Shown here: positions 14,147 through 24,841 of the stretch, one piece after another | Layout: every line of letters begins with the position of its first letter | How positions within the stretch are numbered: the stretch's first letter is position 1 | Assembly (NCBI GenBank): GCA_964016885.1 | Contig: OZ024743.1 | Coordinates: forward strand, 30,876,001 to 30,940,000 | Direction of reading: 5' to 3' | DNA length: 64,000 nt | Source of the DNA: Eledone cirrhosa | Lineage: Eukaryota | Translations under genes and position numbers: made by a program | Notes under the pieces: generated by a model | Databases searched by the model: none | Seen by the model: only the letters and a program-made list of their open reading frames with translations | What the model was told of the DNA's origin: nothing

Positions 14147-14193
14147 TGCTTACAGCTGTTTCCTCCAAACCGAGGTTTGGATTCTTCGGAGCA
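14147..14193 (-). ncRNA. Hammerhead ribozyme motif (C4 core variant)
   Basis: Reverse complement is identical to 18587-18633. Confidence 0.75.
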
Positions 14194-14779
14194 ATTTATT
14201 AATGAATGGACAGTTATATGACCTCCTTTTCAGACAAGAGACATACCGATACATATGCAAATATTCTGGGTCAACATTCATTACAGCATTTGGAGTGGTA
14301 GTACACACTTCGAGATTACATTCATAATAAAAGGTACAATCAAAATCAGGTTAAAATACAACATGAAGATAAGCGGTTATATAGTGCAAATGTTATATGT
14401 GTGGCAAGCACGGGCTTCTTGTTTATATAGCGTGGCAGAGAGATATGTGTGGTAGGAGCACTTAGGTAGGTAAAGAAAAGTGTTAGGTTGGTTGATCTGG
14501 TGGCCAATTCTTTATATGATTGTTATAGTCTGTGTGTGGAGAAATGATATAAGCATTAAAAATAGTGCAAGCATTAAAAATATTAAACGTATTGGAGATG
14601 CACAGCGAAGGGATGACAAGGACCTCATGTACTTCGACATTTTCATGGTCAGGGGAGTATATTCTTCGATTATATGCCCCTCACATAATCCACGGCAATT
14701 CTATATTGAGCGTTTGACAATCCAGTTAGAGAATCGTAGTCCGATGTTCTTTAGTTCAATACAGGAGACTGTTACGTTT

Positions 14780-15748
14780 CGCGAAACGACGTTAATAAAA
14801 TTATTGTACACGCAGATAAAACTAATAACATATACAGCCTAGGTTATAATACTTATGGAAAATTTATATATAATGAACTACATAAAAGCTACAAAAAGAC
14901 CACCTTGAACAACTTAGAAGATATTAATATAGAGGGATATAATATAGTGTCTAAACTAGGACTTCAGAGACTTACACAACCATTCACCCCAAACCCCCTA
15001 GATTCTCTCCGAAGGACCATAAAGAGGACTTCATCAGCAACCCCTCGATAAGTCTTATCTGCCCTTCCAAGTCCGACATTGGTATTATCAGTAAGAAAAT
15101 TTTGGATAAAATCATCCCACAAATTAAACACAAGATACACCTTAAACAATGGGGAAATACGGGTGAAGTGATTGAATGGTTCAAAGATATCAAGAATAAT
15201 AAGCACAAAAAATTTATTCAATTTGATATCAATTCATACTACACCTCTATTTCCCCTATCCTATTAAATAAGGCACTTATCATGGCCATGAACAATAGCG
15301 ACCTGACTAGAGCCCAGATTGATGTCATCCTTGCGGCCCGTAAAACCATAATCACCTTCGAAGACCAACTATGGACACGCAAGGATACGCACAACAACTT
15401 CGACATAACCATGGGATCTAGTGACTCGGCGCAGGTCACTGATTTGGTCGGCCTATACCTTCTCAATGAAATCCATAAGGACCTCCCTTACCTCAACGGT
15501 GGTTTGTACCGCGATGATGCACTTCTACTTATAGAATATAAAAAAATTTAATATAGAAAGAGCTAGAAAACAATTGCATAAGACATTCAAAAACTTTAAC
15601 CTTAGTATCACCATGGACAAAAACACTAAAAATGTAAACTTCCTAGACGCCACACTATACCTAGACTCAAAAATATATACACCTTTCCATAAGCCTAACA
15701 AAAAACTCATTTACGTAGATACTAAATCTAATCACCCTAGATCAATAT
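14780..15748 (+). pseudogene. Inverted partial copy of the same RT, frameshifted and truncated after SNHPRSI
   Basis: ORFs 15102-15551 and 15574 onward are nearly identical to the - strand 667-aa ORF. Confidence 0.9.
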
Positions 15749-15882
15749 TATCTCCCAGCGAAGGGTTCCGGAGGGATGTCGTAGTTTGTGTTATATTAGA
15801 TCAGTTAGTGTTGTGTATGTGGTATAAGGTGTGCCCCTGGTGTTTGATGCTAGATGTGGTGTTTGGTTCAAGTCCGACATTG

Positions 15883-18015
15883 CTATATATTGGGGTTAAA
15901 GTTTTGGAAGGAATGTCTGAAGCGGTGCTGGCAAGTTGCAAATACCTCAGATTTTTTGTTAAGTAGGTTACGGTTGGAGAAGATAATATTGTGGGTCTCT
16001 AGTATACAGAGGTTACAAAATGTATTAGGTGGTTTGTACGAAGTCGCGCTGCCTATCACTTCCCATTTGAGTGTGTATGGTTTATTTTTAGTTTTTAGAT
16101 AGTCTATGTAGCTAGATAGTGAGGTGGAGTTGGCTAGGCTGTGCTTTTTGAACGAGTGGATGTGCGAATTATATCTGATTTTGAAGCAGTTAGAAGTGGA
16201 GCCTACATAGGTTTCTGAAGAGTTGCTAGCTGTGACGGTGCATGAGTATATGATATCCTTGGTTAGGCATTTTTTATCCAAGGGGCAGGTTCTATTAGCT
16301 CTATAGTTACAATTATCCTGTGTGTTAGTCTGCTGGTTATAATGCAGTGCAGAAGTCTGGGTGGTAGCTATAGGATTTTGGACATTCGGGTTGTCAACCC
16401 CGGTGTTATTTCTCATACTAGTGTTATTTCTATTGTTACTGCCGTTACTATGGTTGCTTGCTACAGAGGTATTTAGAAGGTTTGCATCCTGTTGTGATTT
16501 CGTTTGTTGGAAGTAAGAATTAATTTTATTTTTATTGCTGCTAGCTATGTGGTATGCTAAGTTAGGCGTCGTAGAGTATGAGATTTTAATAGTGTTTTTG
16601 TTTAAAAGGTTGTTGTACTTGTGTCCTAGAGGGAAGTTTTTATCTAGTAGTGAGAAGAAAGCCCTAGGTATGTTTGTGGAGACATTTAGGTTGAAAGGAG
16701 GGTTGAAAAATGTATTATTTCTTCTTCTATTTTTGCTTTTAGTGTTTGGTGTGTTGTTTCTTCCTACGGCACCACAGTAGTTTCCGTGGTAATGGTTACT
16801 TCCGGTGGCACCCTCCGCTTTGGTGTACTTGTGGTTGCTATTCCTATTATTAGGTTTCCTCATGGACATGTTGTGCGAGATGATGTTGTAGCTATGCGTT
16901 TTCTTAGGTAGGAACTCAATTTCTATATTATGGCCGGATCTAGCTAATGCTTGATTGTAATATTGTGAGTTTTTGCTAAATATGTTTGCGTCATAGGACA
17001 GGCTAGAGATTCTATTGGATACCCCCTTAGAGATAGAGTTTACTATTGATCTAGGGTGATTAGACTTAGTATCTACGTAAATGAGTTTTTTGTTAGGCTT
17101 ATGGAAAGGTGTATATATTTTTGAGTCTAGGTATAGTGTGGCGTCTAGGAAGTTTACATTTTTAGTGTGTTTGTCCATGGTGATACTAAGGTTAAAGTTT
17201 TTGAATGTCCCATGCAATTGTTTTCTAGCTCTTTCTATATTAAATTTGTTATATTCTATAAGTAGAAGTGCATCATCGCGGTACAAACCACCGTTGAGGT
17301 AAGGGAGGTCCTTATGGATTTCATTGAGAAGGTATAGGCCGACCAAATCAGTGACCTGCGCCGAGTCACTAGATACCATGGTTATGTCGAAGTTGTTGTG
17401 CGTATCCTTGCGTGTCCATAGTTGGTCTTCGAAGGTGATTATGGTTTTACGGGCCGCAAGGATGACAACAATCTGGGCTCTAGTCAGGTCGCTATTGTTC
17501 ATGGCCATGATAAGTGCCTTATTTAATAGGATAGGGGAAATAGAGGTGTAGTATGAATTGATATCAAATTGAATAAATTGTTTGTCCTTATTATTCTTGA
17601 TATCTTTGAACCATTCAATCACTTCACCCGTATTTCTCCATTGTTTAAGGTGTATCTTGTGTTTAATTTGTGGGATGATTTTATCAAAAATTGTCTTGCT
17701 GATAATACCAATGTCGGACTTGGAAGGGCAGATAAGTCTTATCGAGGGGTTGCTGATGAAGTCCTCCTTATTGTCCTTCAGAGAGAATCTAGGGGGGTTT
17801 GGGGTGAATGGTTGTGTAAGTCTCTGAAGTCCTAGTTTAGACACTATATTATATCCCTCTATATTAATATCTTCTAAGTTGTTCAAGGTGGTCTTTTTGT
17901 AGCTTTTATGTAGTTCATTATATATGAATTTTCTATAAGTATTATAATCTAGGCTGTATATGTTATTAGTTTTATCTGCGTGTACAATAATTTTATTAAT
18001 GTCGTTTCGCGAAAC
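15883..18015 (-). CDS. PLE reverse transcriptase plus GIY-YIG endonuclease (Naiad-like), uninterrupted but 5'-truncated with no natural ATG
   Basis: The frame stays open upstream of the tracked ORF (KIIVHADKTNNIY). Motifs: RLICPSKSDIG, FDINSYYTSI, GGLYRDDAL, NFLDATL, SNHP, FFNPPF, CPLDKKC, IIYSC...YVGST, CNLC..E, LNKKSE...CQH. Confidence 0.9.
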   Translation of the reverse strand, partial: VSRNDINKIIVHADKTNNIYSLDYNTYRKFIYNELHKSYKKTTLNNLEDINIEGYNIVSKLGLQRLTQPFTPNPPRFSLKDNKEDFISNPSIRLICPSKSDIGIISKTIFDKIIPQIKHKIHLKQWRNTGEVIEWFKDIKNNKDKQFIQFDINSYYTSISPILLNKALIMAMNNSDLTRAQIVVILAARKTIITFEDQLWTRKDTHNNFDITMVSSDSAQVTDLVGLYLLNEIHKDLPYLNGGLYRDDALLLIEYNKFNIERARKQLHGTFKNFNLSITMDKHTKNVNFLDATLYLDSKIYTPFHKPNKKLIYVDTKSNHPRSIVNSISKGVSNRISSLSYDANIFSKNSQYYNQALARSGHNIEIEFLPKKTHSYNIISHNMSMRKPNNRNSNHKYTKAEGATGSNHYHGNYCGAVGRNNTPNTKSKNRRRNNTFFNPPFNLNVSTNIPRAFFSLLDKNFPLGHKYNNLLNKNTIKISYSTTPNLAYHIASSNKNKINSYFQQTKSQQDANLLNTSVASNHSNGSNNRNNTSMRNNTGVDNPNVQNPIATTQTSALHYNQQTNTQDNCNYRANRTCPLDKKCLTKDIIYSCTVTASNSSETYVGSTSNCFKIRYNSHIHSFKKHSLANSTSLSSYIDYLKTKNKPYTLKWEVIGSATSYKPPNTFCNLCILETHNIIFSNRNLLNKKSEVFATCQHRFRHSFQNFNPNI

Positions 18016-18586
18016 GTAACAGCCTCCTGCATTGAACTAAAGAGCATTGGACTACGATTCTCTAACTGGATTGTCAAACGCTCAATATAGAATTGCCGTG
18101 GATTATGTGAGGGGCATATAATCGAAGAATATACTCCCCTGACCATGAAAATGTCGAAGTACATGAGGTCCTTGTCATCCCTTCGCTGTGCATCTCCAAT
18201 ACGTTTAATATTTTAATGCTTGCACTATTTTTAATGCTTATATCATTTCTCCACACACAGACTATAACAATCATATAAAGAATTGGCCACCAGATCAACC
18301 AACCTAACACTCTTATTTACCTACCTAAGTGCTCCTACCACACATATCTCTCCGCCACATTATATAAACAAGACGCACGTGCTTGCCACACATATAACAT
18401 TTGCACTATATAACCGCTTATCTTCATGTTGTATTTTAACCTGATTTTTTATTGTACCTTTTATTATGAATGTAATTTCGAAGTGTGTACTGCCACTCCA
18501 AATGCTGTAATGAATGTTGACCCAGAATATTTGCATATGTATCGGTATGTCTCTTGTCTGAAAAGGAGGTCCATTCATTAATAAAT

Positions 18587-18633
18587 TGCTCCGAAGAATC
18601 CAAACCTCGGTTTGGAGGAAACAGCTGTAAGCA
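18587..18633 (+). ncRNA. Hammerhead ribozyme motif (C4 core variant)
   Basis: tgct CCGAAGA a tccaaacc tc ggtttgga g GAAAC agct GTA agca. Stem I tgct/agca, 8-bp stem II, palindromic stem III ACAGCTGT, GUA cleavage triplet. Confidence 0.75.
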
Positions 18634-18715
18634 CAATAATATTTTGAACAGTTCTTTGATTCTTATACTTCATATATATATAAATATATAAATAAGTACA
18701 TATATATATATATAT

Positions 18716-19700
18716 AAATTGCATGTTTGAAGAATTATTAGATAAAATATACCCAATCTTTCCTCACCCTAGACCGTACAAATCAACTAGATAAATAATC
18801 ATTTAAAAGGAGCTAAAAGTTTAAAATGTAACTTCGAAGAAACAATATACAAATGATACAGACTATTTTCCGCGAGGAACAGTCAGATAAAATTTATCAA
18901 GTCTTTCATCTTATTCCATACTAATTAACTAGACAAATAATCAATTAAACGGAGCTAAGTCTCAAATATAAGTTAGAAGAAAAAATGTATATAAACTTTA
19001 CCAAAATTCCTCTAGTCCCGTGTATCGATAGTTTCGCTCATACTTCGTGGACATCTCCAAACTTAATATACTCCCGTTCGGTAGAGTAAATATTAGGCAG
19101 TATCTGACTGCTCATTCTAGCAGCCAGCCTACCTGCCACCTTCTAATTTGACCGCTCTGCCACGTGATGATTATTAGCCATTTTGAATTCATAACTGGCG
19201 GCGATCACTGTAGAATTTTAGTCCAAACTTGAGGGAGTTTCTTGATAAGCCCTAAGCCACATATATCATACCTAAATCGGACATATCCACAAAGTACGAG
19301 CGAAACTATCGATAGCCGGGACTAGAGGAATTTTGGTAAAGTTTATTTCCATGTTTTCTTCTAACTTATTTTTTAGACTTAACTCCGTTTAATTCATTTT
19401 TTGTCAAGTTAATTTCTACGGGCTAAGAGGAAAGACTGGATACATTTTATCTGACTATTCCTCGCGCAAAATAGTCTGTATCATTCGTCTATTATTTCTT
19501 CGAAGTTACATTTTAAACATATAGCTGCGTTTAAATGAGTATTTATCTAGTTGATTTCTACGAGCTATGGTAACAAAAGATTGGGTGTATTTTATCTAAT
19601 AATTCTTCAAACTTGAAATCTTACATATAGCCCTCATTAATAATGATTTGCATAATAAAATGTTTCATTGTGCCACACCGTGAAAGGTAGCCACACTCAT
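18716..19700. mobile_element. Old non-coding fold-back element (arms about 18716-19050 and 19280-19620) with a decayed HHR and a right-side tail
   Basis: tttgaagaattattagataaaata.acccaatcttt is inverted at the other end, and each arm has an internal tandem duplication. 19237-19322 reads gtttc TTGATAA gc...gc GAAAC tatcgata GCC gggac. Confidence 0.75.
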
Positions 19701-19762
19701 ATATGTGACTGTGACTATGTTTAAATATATGTCTAAATATATACATATATCCCTATGAATTT

Positions 19763-19793
<31 letters not shown>

Positions 19794-19798
<5 letters not shown>

Positions 19799-20418
19799 CA
19801 TTATGAAGAGAGAAGAAACATTAGATATAATTAGTAATAAGATATATCATACCCAAACTGCTTCTATAGTCCCCGACTACGTAGTTTCGTGGCATATTAT
19901 GCAAAAACACAACATCATAGAGATATAGAGTTTTTGTGAGGTTCTGCCGATTTATCCAGAGTATACCTCATTAAGAATTTTAAAACCGTCTGTAATGCGC
20001 GAAATAGAATCTCGAAAAGGCGGAAGGGGAGACGATCACGTGATACAGCGGTCAAGAAACAGAGCTATATCACATGATTGACTCCCCCTCCGCCTTTTCG
20101 AGATTCTATCTCGCGCATCACAGACGTATTTTGAAACCCTTAGTGAGGTATCCTCTTGATAAGTCAGCAGAACCTCACACAAACTCTATATCTCTATTAT
20201 GTAGTGTTTTTGTATAATATGCCATGAAACTACGTAGTCGGGGACTATAGAAGCAGTTTGGGTATGATATATCTTATTACTAATTATATCTAATATTTCT
20301 TTTCTCTTCATAATGTATTATATAGCTCTGATACTGAATCAATCTAATCCGTTCGGATTGGTTTGTCCCAGTTATTCATAGAGCAACATCGGTTGACGTT
20401 GGTGCCACTAACTCAGGG
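19794..20418. mobile_element. Non-coding fold-back element (palindrome 19794-20323) with tail 20325-20418
   Basis: Arms taatacattatgaagaga... and ...tctcttcataatgtatta are inverse over about 255 bp with scattered mismatches, in a (TA)n context. Confidence 0.9.
20151..20244 (+). ncRNA. Hammerhead ribozyme motif (U3-A8 variant, long stem II)
   Basis: tcctc TTGATAA g...[about 60 nt]...GAAAC tacgta GTC gggga. Stem I tcctc/gggga, stem III palindrome ACTACGTAGT. A mutated mirror copy lies at about 19870-19963 on the - strand. Confidence 0.6.
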
Positions 20419-20493
20419 ATATATGTGGATATATTCATGTGTATGTATGTGTCCGCATGCATCTGTGTGTTTCTCTATATATTGTATATATAT

Positions 20494-20571
<78 letters not shown>

Positions 20572-20662
20572 CGAAGGAAATGTGGTAAGGTACCAGGTGG
20601 ACCATAACGCACCAAAGTACTCAATACTTGAGGTAGTAGAGTGGGTAATAGGAACCAGTAAG

Positions 20663-20756
20663 ACCCCGACAGCTGAGCTCAAGCCGTTTCGACGGCTAAT
20701 TCTGGACTAAACGAAAATTTATCCTGGTATTTAAATAGCCGATCTTCTCAAGGGGT
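20663..20756 (-). ncRNA. Hammerhead ribozyme motif (U3-A8 variant, long stem II)
   Basis: Mirror copy of 24516-24609. Confidence 0.75.
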
Positions 20757-21854
20757 AATTCCATATATGGTCAAAGTGATTGTCAAAAATCAGTAGTAAT
20801 TCTGTGGTTGCAAATTAGTAGGGGAGATGGTGGCTAAACCTGCCAGTAGGAGAAAGAGGGGAGGGGGTGGAGTAGACCCAATCAAGCGTTGGTAGTGCCA
20901 GCTACAGCTGGTCATGAGGTCAAAGAAGATACAGGGGGAGGGGGAGGAAGTCGGAACGGTAGGTAGAACAATGGGGGGTAGAAATAGGAAAGAAAAAATA
21001 CTGAGAGTGAAGAAAAGCAAATAAGTGTAAAGAAAAAAGTAAAGTAAATTAAATTCTACGACCTAGGTGTCAGGCTATTGTTAGGCTAGAATAAAATAAA
21101 GAAAGAAAGAAAGAAGTAAATAAATAAATAAATAAATAAATAACGAAATAAGTAAAAGAACTAGGTGGGACGAAATAGGCAAGGACCCTTTTAAGAGGTA
21201 TAAGTACGTAAATGATACGGTGACGGGTCAACAAAAGGGGCCAAAATACTAAAGAGACTACCACGAAATAAACAATAAAGGCTTCCATCCCGGGCCAGCA
21301 ACGACCCAGTGCAGCAAAGTGAACTTGTACGAGATAATAATTCTGAGTCCCGAGAAAAATATATACTAATGCTAACTCTAAAAGATCTAAAACAAGCTAC
21401 ATGAAGGTTCGTACGAAATAAAGGTAGAATACGGAGAAATAAATTCAGAATCCACCCCGCCCAGAAGAAAAGCGAAGCAAGAAATACTGAAACGAAAAAA
21501 TAAGGCATAAGTGCCACTAAGAAATATAGAGGGCACAGAGAATAGTGGGAGCGGTCGGAAAAAGGGGGCAAGTATCCGGGGTCTAAGCCAACTGCTATAA
21601 AGGGCGGAGTCCGCCAAATCTATCATAGACTAGAGGAGGGGGTGGTGGGGGTACTAAGGCTACATGGGGCCAAAGGGCAGCCTCGGGTGGGCGAGAAAAG
21701 ACGCTGACAAAGGAGAAGAGCTGGGGTAGAAGGACAAAGGAGAGAGGGGGGAAGGAAATAAAGGAAGCGATAAAAGAATACAAAGAAGATCTTACGTCTT
21801 CCTTGGCAAGCAGGGGTTACCCATTGCAAAATCGGCAAGTGGGGTGTTATAGCC

Positions 21855-23005
21855 CTAGTCTACCCACCCCGGGTCATTATGGGGTTTGAGGGCGAGGTAA
21901 GTCCTACGCAATCTATGTTTACATGCAGTAACCTGTTCATCTTTCTTGTTTAGGAGTTGGTCCGTCGAAAACAGCATTTGTAAAGTTTCCTCCGAGCATA
22001 AATTGCACGGACGGCGTCCTCCCGTGTAGGAATTGGCTCTGGACAGTAATCTCCAAGTGAGATCATAGGTGATGTTGTTGTGCTTGACGTCCCATATGTG
22101 GCCCGAAAGTGTAGTGGCGTGACGCCGGGCCGGGTTTCGGAAGGTATGTCTATGTTGGTATAGCCGGGGTCTTGAAGTCACATGCGGTAAGTCCTATATA
22201 GGCTTTGTTGGAGGTATCCGTCCTCACGTTGCACTGGTAGATCACATTACGGTCTCTGCATCTATTGTCGAGTGGGCAAATAGATCTATCCGGGCAGTTA
22301 CACCTCCTGGTCGGTTCTCCACTGCTATTTAGGTTATTTCTGCCATCGGGGTTGAGTTTTTTGTTGTTAGAGGAGACGATGTTTTGTGCGAAGTTTGGTG
22401 TAGTGCTGTAAGAGAGTTTGGTGGTATTTTTGTTAATTATGTTGTGGTAGGGGTGTTGTAATGGGAAGTGTTTTTCAATGAGCCTAAAGAATAGTTTCCC
22501 GATGGGAGTAGTCACCTCTGCGTTGTGGGGAGGATTGAACCATGTTACATTGCGTGAGCGGCGGTGTCTCCTGCTGGTTCCGCTAATGGGAGCTGGACAG
22601 TAGGATATTTCCTCCCGGAAACCACTCCGCTTGAGGGCCTGGTTGTAATAAGGCGCATGTTCATCGAATATCCGCTCATTAGCTGACAAACGGGATATGC
22701 GGAGGGAGATGTTTTTGACCAGGTTGTTTGTGATGTTCCTAGGATGGTTTGATCGGAGGTGGATGTAGTGCAGATTGTCATTAGGTTTCCTGTATGGGTA
22801 GTACAGGTCGTTTTCGAGGTCGAGGGTCACGTCCAGGAAGTTTACTCGGGTCAGGGACTTTTGTAGGGTTATTTTAAATCCCCAGTCGCGGAAGAATCTG
22901 ATTAATTGTTTCCGGACCCGATCTGTACTACTGGGGTTGTACCCTTTAAGGGTAAGGAGCCCATCATCACGGTACAATCCACCACCGAATGCAGGAAACA
23001 TATCA
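21855..23005 (-). pseudogene. PLE RT C-half plus GIY-YIG, 5'-truncated, one frameshift near 22170
   Basis: GGLYRDDGL, NFLDVTL, YRKPN, SNHP, WFNPP, CNCP..CPL..C, VIYQC...YIGLT, CNLCSEE, LNKK..CKH. The + arm has ttcaaggcccgg where the - arm has ttcaagaccccgg. Confidence 0.92.
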
Positions 23006-24515
23006 GTGAGTTTGGCTATATGTTTCCAGCATTCGGTGGTGGATTGTACCGTGATGACAAACAAAGCCTATATAGGACTTACCGCATGTGACTTCAAGGC
23101 CCGGCTATACCAACATAGACATACCTTCCGAAACCCGGCCCAGCGTCACGCCACTACACTTTCGGGCCACATATGGGACCTCAAGCACAACAACATCACC
23201 TATGATCTCACTTGGAGATTATTGTCCAGAGCCAATTCTTACACGGGAGGACGCCGTCCGTGCAATTTATGCTCGGAGGAAACTTTACAAATGCTGTTTT
23301 CGACGGACCAACTCCTAAACAAGAAAGATGAACTGGTTACTGCATGTAAACATAGATTGCGTAGGACTTACCTCGCTCTCAAACCCCATAATGACCCGGG
23401 GGGTGGGTAGACTAGGGCTATAACACCCCACTTGCCGATTTTGCAATGGGTAACCCCTGCTTGCCAAGGAAGACGTAAGATCTTCTTTGTATTCTTTTAT
23501 CGCTTCCTTTATTTCCTTCCCCCCTCTCTCCTTTGTCCTTCTACCCCAGCTCTTCTCCTTTGTCGGCGTCTTTTCTCGCCCACCCGAGGCTGCCCTTTGG
23601 CCCCATGTAGCCTTAGTACCCCCACCACCCCCTCCCCTAGTCTATGATAGATTTGGCGGACTCCGCCCTTTATAGCAGTTGGCTTAGACCCCGGATACTT
23701 GCCGCCTTTTTCCGACCGCTCCCACTATTCTCTGTGCCCTCTATATTTCTTAGTGGCACTTATGCCTTATTTTTTCGTTTCAGTATTTCTTGCTTCGCTT
23801 TTCTTCTGGGCGGGGTGGATTCTGAATTTATTTCTCCGTATTCTACCTTTATTTCGTACGAACCTTCATGTAGCTTGTTTTAGATCTTTTAGAGTTAGCA
23901 TTAGTATATATTTTTCTCGGGACTCAGAATTATTATCTCGTACAAGTTCACTTTGCTGCACTGGGTCGTTGCTGGCCCGGGATGGAAGCCTTTATTGTTT
24001 ATTTCGTGGTAGTCTCTTTAGTATTTTGGCCCCTTTTGTTGACCCGTCACCGTATCATTTACGTACTTATACCTCTTAAAAGGGTCCTTGCCTATTTCGT
24101 CCCACCTAGTTCTTTTACTTATTTCGTTATTTATTTATTTATTTATTTATTTACTTCTTTCTTTCTTTCTTTATTTTATTCTAGCCTAACAATAGCCTGA
24201 CACCTAGGTCGTAGAATTTAATTTACTTTACTTTTTTCTTTACACTTATTTGCTTTTCTTCACTCTCAGTATTTTTTCTTTCCTATTTCTACCCCCCATT
24301 GTTCTACCTACCGTTCCGACTTCCTCCCCCTCCCCCCCTGTATCTTCTTTGACCTCATCCCCAGCTGTAGCTGGCACTACCAACGCTTGATTGGGTCTAC
24401 TCCACCCCCTACCCTCTTTCTCCTACTGGCAGGTTTAGCCACCATCTCCCCTACTAATTTGCAACCACAGAATTACTACTGATTTTTGACAATCACTTTG
24501 ACCATATATGGAATT

Positions 24516-24609
24516 ACCCCTTGAGAAGATCGGCTATTTAAATACCAGGATAAATTTTCATTTAGTCCAGAATTAGCCGTCGAAACGGCTTGAGCTCAGC
24601 TGTCGGGGT
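24516..24609 (+). ncRNA. Hammerhead ribozyme motif (U3-A8 variant, long stem II)
   Basis: acccc TTGAGAA gatcggcta...tagccgtc GAAAC ggcttgagctcagct GTC ggggt. Stem I acccc/ggggt, stem II ga(t)cggcta/tagccgtc, near-palindromic stem III, GUC triplet. Confidence 0.75.
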
Positions 24610-24619
24610 CTTACTGGTT

Positions 24620-24655
<36 letters not shown>

Positions 24656-24784
24656 CACATACATATACATAGATATATGCACTCAAGTATGTACACACAA
24701 ATGCACACATGTATATATGTGTGTGTACACCCCCGTTGTATATATGTGTGTGTGTGTGTGGATTTGTGTGTACATACGTCAGTG

Positions 24785-24824
<40 letters not shown>

Positions 24825-24841
24825 TGTGTGTGTATGTAGAA

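Larger units (their letters stand above)
13941..18673. mobile_element. Naiad-like PLE in a convergent inverted arrangement (arm 14105-15748 is the inverse of about 17046-18673)
   Basis: The + arm carries the 5' part of the RT, and the - arm carries RT plus GIY-YIG. Both outer ends carry the same HHR-containing repeat. (TA)n lies on both sides, with a unique tail at 13941-14104. Confidence 0.92.
20571..24622. mobile_element. Young Naiad-like PLE, head-to-head fold-back (20648 to about 22211 is the inverse of about 23060-24622)
   Basis: Arms are almost identical. The - arm has RT C-half plus EN, and the + arm has EN C-terminus plus a 1.2-kb 3' UTR. Tail at 20571-20647, with (TA)n on both sides. 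Confidence 0.95.

Noticed and set aside
15883-17886. Selenoprotein recoding in the Naiad-like ORFs
   Set aside because: The open frames here (and at 22150-23064 and 41494-42387) have no in-frame TGA. Cysteine positions are ordinary codons or missense changes.
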